NCBI RefSeq assembly: GCF_000284455.1
Contig: NC_017039.1
Location: 1,740,001 to 1,772,000 of the forward strand
Reading direction: 5' to 3'
Length of the DNA: 32,000 nucleotides
DNA from: Synechocystis sp. PCC 6803 substr. PCC-P
Lineage (GTDB): Bacteria; Cyanobacteriota; Cyanobacteriia; Cyanobacteriales; Microcystaceae
Below are positions 26,298-32,000 of this stretch, piece by piece. Position numbers and translations under genes: made by a program. Each line of letters starts with the position of its first letter. Position 1 is the stretch's first letter. The notes under the pieces were generated by a model that was not told the origin of the DNA, ran no database searches, and saw nothing but the letters and a program-made list of their open reading frames with translations.

Positions 26298-27251
26298 ATG
26301 CCATTCACCATTGACTCTGCCCGCGGAATTTTCCCTAACACCCTAGCGGCCGACGTTGTACCCGCTACCATCGCCCGTTTTAGCCAACTCAATGCCGAAG
26401 ATCAATTAGCTCTGATTTGGTTTGCTTACCTAGAAATGGGTAAAACCCTTACGATCGCCGCCCCTGGGGCCGCCAGCATGCAACTGGCCGAAAATGCCCT
26501 CAAGGAAATTCAAGCCATGGGGCCCCTCCAACAAACCCAGGCCATGTGTGACTTGGCCAACCGAGCTGACACTCCCCTGTGCCGCACCTACGCCAGTTGG
26601 TCCCCCAACATTAAACTTGGCTTCTGGTACCGTTTAGGCGAACTGATGGAGCAGGGCTTTGTCGCCCCCATTCCCGCTGGTTACCAACTTTCTGCCAATG
26701 CCAATGCAGTGCTAGCTACGATCCAAGGCCTAGAATCCGGTCAACAAATTACCGTATTGCGTAATGCCGTGGTGGACATGGGCTTCACCGCTGGTAAGGA
26801 CGGCAAACGCATCGCTGAGCCCGTAGTTCCTCCCCAAGATACCGCCAGCCGCACCAAAGTTTCCATTGAAGGGGTGACCAATGCCACTGTCCTCAACTAC
26901 ATGGACAACCTCAATGCCAATGACTTCGACACCTTAATCGAATTGTTCACCTCCGACGGTGCCCTCCAACCGCCCTTCCAACGGCCCATTGTCGGTAAAG
27001 AAAATGTGCTCCGCTTTTTCCGGGAAGAGTGCCAAAACCTGAAATTGATCCCGGAACGGGGGGTTACTGAACCCGCTGAAGATGGTTTCACCCAAATTAA
27101 AGTTACCGGTAAGGTGCAAACCCCTTGGTTTGGTGGCAACGTGGGCATGAATATCGCCTGGCGCTTTCTCCTCAACCCCGAGGGCAAAATTTTCTTTGTG
27201 GCGATCGACCTCCTTGCTTCCCCCAAAGAATTACTCAACTTTGCTCGCTAG
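26298..27251 (+). CDS. ocp: Orange carotenoid protein (photoprotective NPQ inducer)
   Basis: MPFTIDSARGIFPNTLAADVVPATIARFSQLNAEDQLALIWFAYLEMGKTLT... ending in the NTF2-like C-terminal domain. 317 aa. It matches the Synechocystis OCP (slr1963) sequence as I remember it. Confidence 0.97.
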   Translation: MPFTIDSARGIFPNTLAADVVPATIARFSQLNAEDQLALIWFAYLEMGKTLTIAAPGAASMQLAENALKEIQAMGPLQQTQAMCDLANRADTPLCRTYASWSPNIKLGFWYRLGELMEQGFVAPIPAGYQLSANANAVLATIQGLESGQQITVLRNAVVDMGFTAGKDGKRIAEPVVPPQDTASRTKVSIEGVTNATVLNYMDNLNANDFDTLIELFTSDGALQPPFQRPIVGKENVLRFFREECQNLKLIPERGVTEPAEDGFTQIKVTGKVQTPWFGGNVGMNIAWRFLLNPEGKIFFVAIDLLASPKELLNFAR

Positions 27252-27318
27252 AATAACTCCCTTCAGAGTTTTGTCTTTGCCATAGTCGGTCGGACAAGCA
27301 GCCAAAATACTAATAACT

Positions 27319-27354
27319 GTGGGCTTCTCGTTGCAGAGCAGGCTCACTTTTTTT
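27319..27354 (+). terminator. Intrinsic terminator downstream of ocp
   Basis: GUGGGCUUCUC (27319-27329), loop GUUGCA, GAGCAGGCUCAC (27336-27347). That gives about 11 bp with one bulged C and two G-U pairs, followed directly by T7 (27348-27354). Confidence 0.65.
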
Positions 27355-27393
27355 ATTATGGTAATGATAATTACAAATCAATATCATAAGTTA

Positions 27394-27723
27394 ATGTTAC
27401 AAACCGCCGAAGCACCTTGGTCCCAAGCTGAAACCCAGTCTGCCCATGCCCTGTTCCGTAAGGCCTACCAAAGAGAATTGGATGGACTGTTGGCAACGGT
27501 GCAAGCCCAAGCTTCCCAAATTACGCAGATCGATGATCTTTGGAAACTCCATGATTTTTTGAGTGCAAAACGCCACGAAATTGATGGCAAGTACGACGAT
27601 CGCCAGTCGGTGATTATTTTTGTTTTTGCCCAACTGCTCAAGGAAGGTCTGGTGCAAGCGGAGGAATTGACTTTTTTAGCCGCCGATAAGCAATCTAAAA
27701 TTAAGGCCCTGGCCCGGCTGTGA
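27394..27723 (+). CDS. frp: Fluorescence recovery protein (OCP antagonist)
   Basis: MLQTAEAPWSQAETQSAHALFRKAYQRELDGLLATVQAQ... gives 109 aa from the ATG at 27394. The longer ORF from the GTG at 27319 begins inside the terminator hairpin. Published work, as I recall it, supports the short form. Confidence 0.88.
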   Translation: MLQTAEAPWSQAETQSAHALFRKAYQRELDGLLATVQAQASQITQIDDLWKLHDFLSAKRHEIDGKYDDRQSVIIFVFAQLLKEGLVQAEELTFLAADKQSKIKALARL

Positions 27724-27775
27724 TTCTAGTAAATATCTAAAACTCCACAACTATGTTCCTGGGGGGAAATGGAAT

Positions 27776-29446
27776 TCATCTGTTAGTCATTTCTCCGCTG
27801 CCTTGCTTGCTGTAGGTGTACACCGTTTGGGGCTGCCATTGGTTTAGGGCGTCGGCGGTGAGGTCGGCAAAGGATACATTTTCCCGGTCCAGACTGACTT
27901 GGAGAGTTTCCATGGGGTCTTTCCCTTGGGCGATGAGGAATGCTAGAGCCTGTAGGTCTGGCCATTGTTTGAGCTGTACGAGAAAATCCTTTACCAAAGC
28001 GGGGTAGGGAGAATGGTCGTGCTTTTGCCAAGGCTGGCCCGATGGTAAGTTTTGGTCTAGGCCGACGTGGAAAATTAGGCTATTTTTGCCAAATAGGGCG
28101 ATCGCCACGGGGCGGTTGTCTTCATGCACCATGAGGGGGGTTCCCTGTAACAGGGCCCGGATTTTTTCCAATTTTTCGTACCGTTGTTGGGCCGAAGCAA
28201 CGTTGGGAGTAAATTTAATGGCGATCGCCAGCAGATAGTTTTTGACTAACCAGTGCCCTAGTTTTTCTGCCTTGGTGGTCAGGTAATGGGAGTTATAGTC
28301 GTTGGCCTCAATTAACAGGGGCACCCGTTCGACAATTTCTAGACCGTAGCCTTTCAGTCCGGCAATTTTACGGGGATTGTTGGTGATCAAACGGATTTGT
28401 TTCACCCCTAAATCGTTGAGCATTTGCGCCCCCATGCCGTAGTCCCGCAGATCCGCCGGAAAACCTAATCTTTCATTCGCTTCCACGGTGTCATAGCCCA
28501 AATCCTGTAGGGAATAGGCCTTGAGCTTATTGACCAAACCAATACCCCGGCCTTCCTGGCGGAGATAAACCACCACCCCCAAACCATGGTTTTCCAGCAT
28601 TTTGAGGGCCGCCTGGAGTTGCATGCGGCAATCACAACGGAGAGAACCCAGGGCATCCCCCGTTAAACATTCTGAATGCATCCGCACCATCACCGGCTGT
28701 TGACCAAATTCACTAGGATCACCCTTCACAATGGCAATGTGCTCTGTTTGATCCAATAAATTGCGGTAGGCGTAGAGTTTAAACTCCCCAAACTGGCTGG
28801 GAAATTCACAGATGGTTTCCCGTTGCACAAAGCGGTCATGTTGGAGTCGGTAACTGATTAAATCGGCAATGCTGATCAGTTTGAGGTCATATTTGCGGGC
28901 ATACTCCACCAATTCCGGTAGGCGGGCCATGGAGCCATCGGCATTTTGAATTTCGCAAATTACCCCCGCTGGATAGAGTCCTGCTAGGCGAGAAAGATCG
29001 ACTGCCGCCTCGGTGTGGCCGGCTCGTTTCAGTACTCCCCCAGTTTTGGCCCGCAGAGGGAAAATATGGCCAGGTCGGGAAAGGTCCTCCGGGCGGGTGA
29101 CGGGGTTAATGGCAATCTGGATCGTCCGGGCCCGGTCTTCGGCGGAAATCCCTGTGGTTACGCCCAAATGGGGGGCTGCATCAATGCTGACGGTGAAAGC
29201 GGTTTGGTTGCTGTCGGTGTTTTTACTGACCATCAAGGGCAGATCCAATTCGTCCAGGCGATCACCAGTCATGGCTAGGCAAATCAAGCCCCGGGCTTCC
29301 ACTGCCATAAAGTTAACTAGAGCAGGGGTGGCAAATTGGGCCGCACAGATTAAATCCCCTTCATTTTCTCGATTTTCGTCGTCCACCACCACCACGGCCT
29401 TGCCCGCTTTAATGTCAGCTAGGGCTGCATCAATGGCATCAAACAT
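27776..29446 (-). CDS. ribBA: Bifunctional 3,4-dihydroxy-2-butanone-4-phosphate synthase / GTP cyclohydrolase II with a C-terminal extension
   Basis: The start [32 protein letters not shown] is the RibB motif. It is followed by GCH-II ([33 protein letters not shown]). The final 156 aa (nt 27779-28246) lie beyond the normal RibBA end. The start was trimmed to comp. 29444-29446. Confidence 0.9.
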   Translation of the reverse strand: MFDAIDAALADIKAGKAVVVVDDENRENEGDLICAAQFATPALVNFMAVEARGLICLAMTGDRLDELDLPLMVSKNTDSNQTAFTVSIDAAPHLGVTTGISAEDRARTIQIAINPVTRPEDLSRPGHIFPLRAKTGGVLKRAGHTEAAVDLSRLAGLYPAGVICEIQNADGSMARLPELVEYARKYDLKLISIADLISYRLQHDRFVQRETICEFPSQFGEFKLYAYRNLLDQTEHIAIVKGDPSEFGQQPVMVRMHSECLTGDALGSLRCDCRMQLQAALKMLENHGLGVVVYLRQEGRGIGLVNKLKAYSLQDLGYDTVEANERLGFPADLRDYGMGAQMLNDLGVKQIRLITNNPRKIAGLKGYGLEIVERVPLLIEANDYNSHYLTTKAEKLGHWLVKNYLLAIAIKFTPNVASAQQRYEKLEKIRALLQGTPLMVHEDNRPVAIALFGKNSLIFHVGLDQNLPSGQPWQKHDHSPYPALVKDFLVQLKQWPDLQALAFLIAQGKDPMETLQVSLDRENVSFADLTADALNQWQPQTVYTYSKQGSGEMTNR

Positions 29447-29717
29447 CGGTAAATCGGACGGGATACGGGGGACAGAAACGTTCAAGGTGCAGAAAAGGAA
29501 AAAGTTAAAACTTAAGAAGCTGGAGGAAAATTGACAACGGTGGTCGCAGAAGATCGACTGTTGCAACAATTTAGCTTTGTTAACTATTTTAAAGCTTTTC
29601 TGGGAAGGCTTTGGTTTCTTCGTCGTAGGGGATGAATTTCTCTAAAAAAGGGAAACTTATTCTGCCATGGCTATAGTCCTATGATGGAAAGCGCCCTGGT
29701 TCCGCTGGCCCCCATCC

Positions 29718-30449
29718 ATGATTGACCGCGAATTTTTGCTTGACCCCAATTCCCACTCCCCATCCGACCTTTCCTCGGCTAAAAGTCGCCCCTGGTTAGC
29801 TTCCCCCTGGCCCTGGACCATGGCGATCGCCGTTTTGTTGGGTTGGGGAGGTATGGCCCTGTGGCAGTCCCCTTGGTCGAAGCTAAAACTACCTTCTTTC
29901 TCCAGTTCGGTGGAAATCGCCCCTCTAGTGATGGAAGGGGGGGATCCCTATCTGCGGGCCTTGATGCGGACCATCAGTGCTAGTGAAGCCAATACGCCCC
30001 AACCCTATAACGTTATTTACGGGGGACAGCATGTCCAGGACTTGAGCGAACATCCCAACCGTTGCGTCAAAATTTTTATGGGGCCGAATCGGGGCAATTG
30101 CAGTACTGCCTCTGGGCGTTACCAGTTTTTGAATACCACCTGGGCTGAAAAAGCGGGTAAATATCATCCCCAGCCCCAGAAATTTTTGCTCTGGAAAAAT
30201 TACAGCTTTGAGCCGGAGTACCAGGACCAAGTGCTTTACCGTTGGCTAGCTGATACCAAAGCCTGGGGGATGGATATTGGGGCCCAATTGCGGGCAGGGC
30301 ATCTAGACCAGGTTTTGCGTCACCTTTCCCCCACTTGGACTAGTTTGGGCTACGGCATTGAGGACAATGTGATTACCAGACGTTTACCGGAACTTTATCA
30401 AAAGTTGTTGCAAGAAGAATTGCTTTTGGCCCACCATCATCAGGATTGA
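29718..30449 (+). CDS. Membrane-anchored lambda-R-like lytic transglycosylase (GH104-type lysozyme fold)
   Basis: N-terminal TM helix (WTMAIAVLLGWGGMALW). The body aligns by eye with phage lambda R: ISASEAN..YNVIYGG..VQDLSEHP....STASGRYQFLNTTW versus AWSEGT..YDVIVGG..FTDYSDHP....STGAGRYQLLSRWW. Confidence 0.7.
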   Translation: MIDREFLLDPNSHSPSDLSSAKSRPWLASPWPWTMAIAVLLGWGGMALWQSPWSKLKLPSFSSSVEIAPLVMEGGDPYLRALMRTISASEANTPQPYNVIYGGQHVQDLSEHPNRCVKIFMGPNRGNCSTASGRYQFLNTTWAEKAGKYHPQPQKFLLWKNYSFEPEYQDQVLYRWLADTKAWGMDIGAQLRAGHLDQVLRHLSPTWTSLGYGIEDNVITRRLPELYQKLLQEELLLAHHHQD

Positions 30450-30485
30450 AGGGATTTGACAAAAAATTTATTCCTAGTTGTCCCC

Positions 30486-31271
30486 TTAGCCACAAACCGC
30501 AGTGTGCCTGACTGGAATTTGTCTCGCTTCTAAAAAGGTTTTCAACTCCCCAATGGTTAACTGACCATAGTGCAATAGGGAAGCTAACAGTGCCGCTTCA
30601 GCTTTGCCTTCCGTGAATGCTTCGTACACGTGCTGACAATTACCCGCTCCCCCGGAAGCAATCACCGGAATTTCCACCCGTTCGGCGATCGCCGCTGTGA
30701 GGGCCAGATCGTAACCCGCTTGGGTGCCATCCCCGTCCATACTGGTGACCAGCAATTCCCCTGCCCCCCGTTTGGCCACTTCCTCCGCCCAGGCGATCGC
30801 ATCTAGGCCGGTGTTTTCCCGCCCCCCCCGCACATACACATCCCAGCCGGGATTATCCGCATCTAACCGACGACGGGCATCGATCGCCACCACAATGCAT
30901 TGCCGCCCAAAACGGTCACTAGCTCGACTAATAAAGTCCGGGTCCCGCACAGCAGAGGAATTAACACTCACCTTATCTGCCCCAGCCCGGAGCAGATTTT
31001 TAATATGTTCCAACGTAGAAATGCCGCCCCCTACCGTTAGGGGAATAAACACCTCTTCCGCAGTGCGATAAACCACATCAATAATGGTGTCCCGTTGCTC
31101 GTGGGTAGCAGTGATGTCTAAAAACACCAACTCGTCTGCCCCCGCTTCGTTATAGGCCCGGGCCAACTCCACCGGATCCCCGGCATCTTGGAGATCAACA
31201 AAGTTTATGCCCTTGACCACCCGCCCTGCATTGACATCTAAACAAGGCAAAATCCGTTTTGCTAAGGTCAT
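30486..31271 (-). CDS. hisF: Imidazole glycerol phosphate synthase, cyclase subunit
   Basis: [55 protein letters not shown]... is the canonical HisF (beta/alpha)8 barrel sequence. 261 aa. Confidence 0.95.
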   Translation of the reverse strand: MTLAKRILPCLDVNAGRVVKGINFVDLQDAGDPVELARAYNEAGADELVFLDITATHEQRDTIIDVVYRTAEEVFIPLTVGGGISTLEHIKNLLRAGADKVSVNSSAVRDPDFISRASDRFGRQCIVVAIDARRRLDADNPGWDVYVRGGRENTGLDAIAWAEEVAKRGAGELLVTSMDGDGTQAGYDLALTAAIAERVEIPVIASGGAGNCQHVYEAFTEGKAEAALLASLLHYGQLTIGELKTFLEARQIPVRHTAVCG

Positions 31272-31484
31272 AATTTTATTGCAAATATTTCAAACAAAAA
31301 TTGTGGTCAATGTGAATTAAACGAAGCAAATAAAACATCCGAACCCGGCAATTTGTCCGTAGTATCCCAAAGATTAAGCTCGAATGGGGCGGTGAAGTTC
31401 CATTTCCCCATCCAAGTCCCTTGGCCGACAAATACATTTTCCCAGCAACTTAGTTGAGGGGAAGGTTTTCTGTTGACTATTGAT

Positions 31485-32000
31485 TTAGAAACCAAAGCTG
31501 GGGAAAGGAATGGGCACCGGCAAACTGGGGATAGGGGGAGAGTAGTTCACTCCGCCGGTGGAACAACTCAGCCCGGGCAAAAGGTTGGAGCACATACTCT
31601 GCAAGGCTCCATCCGGAGTGATCGGAATGCTGAAGCCATTGAACAAACTACCACTCAAAAGGGCGACTAACTCCTCCGGAGTCATGGGAATCACAGAACC
31701 GAGGATGCCCTCCAAAACACTGACCTTTTCCCCCGCTTTAACCCGAGTTCTTTGCTGTGGATTTTCCGGATCACTAACCAACACCGCCCCCTCCAGAACC
31801 TTAATTTCCCCCGATTGACCTTCATTCCTTTCCATGACATACACTGTGCCAGTCACCGCCACACTGACCCCCGCCATACAACCATTGACAGGACCACTGG
31901 CCAGCAACTTACCCCGTTCCAACTCTACGCATTGACCGACAATTACGCTGGCATTTTCGCTCAATCTTCCTGACGCCCCATTATTAAACAATATTCCGGC
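31485..32000 (-). CDS. Hypothetical protein, possibly FecR-domain-like; the 5' end probably lies beyond the window
   Basis: The frame stays open from 31991 to the window edge (AGI upstream of the first Met). A beta-rich segment VAVTGTVYVMERNEGQSGEIKVLEGAVLVSDPE...RVKAGEKVSV resembles FecR-type domains. The tail is Pro-rich. Confidence 0.4.
   Translation of the reverse strand, partial: AGILFNNGASGRLSENASVIVGQCVELERGKLLASGPVNGCMAGVSVAVTGTVYVMERNEGQSGEIKVLEGAVLVSDPENPQQRTRVKAGEKVSVLEGILGSVIPMTPEELVALLSGSLFNGFSIPITPDGALQSMCSNLLPGLSCSTGGVNYSPPIPSLPVPIPFPSFGF

Noticed and set aside
26201-26392. 63-aa minus-strand ORF overlapping the ocp start
   Set aside because: It overlaps the 5' end of a securely identified gene and has no features of its own.
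26298-27723. OCP/FRP pair as the undescribed system
   Set aside because: This is the well-characterised cyanobacterial photoprotection module (OCP-mediated phycobilisome quenching and FRP-mediated recovery). The sequences match what I remember of the model proteins.
29447-29717. FMN riboswitch upstream of ribBA
   Set aside because: I read the minus-strand leader and saw none of the conserved FMN-element core sequences. The region is pyrimidine-rich and unstructured by eye. A covariance-model scan (RF00050) would be decisive.
29013-31071. Plus-strand ORFs 29013-29534, 29015-29278 and 30724-31071
   Set aside because: They are antisense shadows of ribBA and hisF, and their translations are Arg/Ser/Ala-rich.
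1-32000. CRISPR arrays, tRNA and rRNA genes, large direct repeats
   Set aside because: I found no regularly spaced repeats of 20 nt or more and no cloverleaf-like or rRNA-like segments on visual reading. The only recurring element is the 8-bp HIP1. tRNAscan-SE or Infernal and a repeat finder should confirm this.

Overview
The window looks like a cyanobacterial chromosome, most probably Synechocystis sp. PCC 6803 or a very close relative. Two things support this. The HIP1 octamer GCGATCGC occurs roughly three dozen times by eye. Several translated ORFs match proteins I recognise from that organism: orange carotenoid protein OCP, its partner FRP, delta-12 desaturase DesA, carboxysomal carbonic anhydrase CcaA, CytM and CtaA/CtaB. 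Locus tags are quoted from memory only.

Most of the window is housekeeping and densely packed on both strands: panC-cmk, ccaA, cysE, pgi, desA, murF, cytM, rplI, a BchE-like B12 radical-SAM gene, a GUN4-like gene, a Vat-type acetyltransferase, hypC, ctaB, ctaA, an orphan TRAP binding protein, an FHA-PAS-GGDEF-EAL protein, ocp, frp, ribBA, a lambda-R-like lytic transglycosylase, hisF and a partial FecR-like gene. I saw no rRNA, tRNA or CRISPR array, but I cannot run covariance models.

The region that stands out is about 18.9-22.65 kb. It has no HIP1 site for 4.6 kb and is partly very AT-rich. It contains:
- an 827/833-aa fusion of an intact DEDDh 3'-5' exonuclease, a P-loop NTPase and an unassignable C-terminal domain;
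- a convergent stand-alone EVE (PUA-like, modified-base reader) gene;
- a frameshifted, truncated IS transposase fragment fused to the N-terminal stub of a Uma2-family (PD-(D/E)xK-like) nuclease gene.

I read this as a small accessory, defence-like islet. The exonuclease-NTPase fusion is the best candidate for something undescribed. An EVE+Uma2 pair may be a decayed modification-dependent restriction module. Both readings rest on motifs and gene context, not on homology searches.

Secondary items:
- an AT-rich domain-less 457-aa orphan;
- a 156-aa unassigned C-terminal extension on RibBA;
- a strong intrinsic terminator lying inside the long frp ORF;
- an orphan TRAP binding protein whose stop codon overlaps that of the convergent c-di-GMP gene;
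- several intergenic palindromes.
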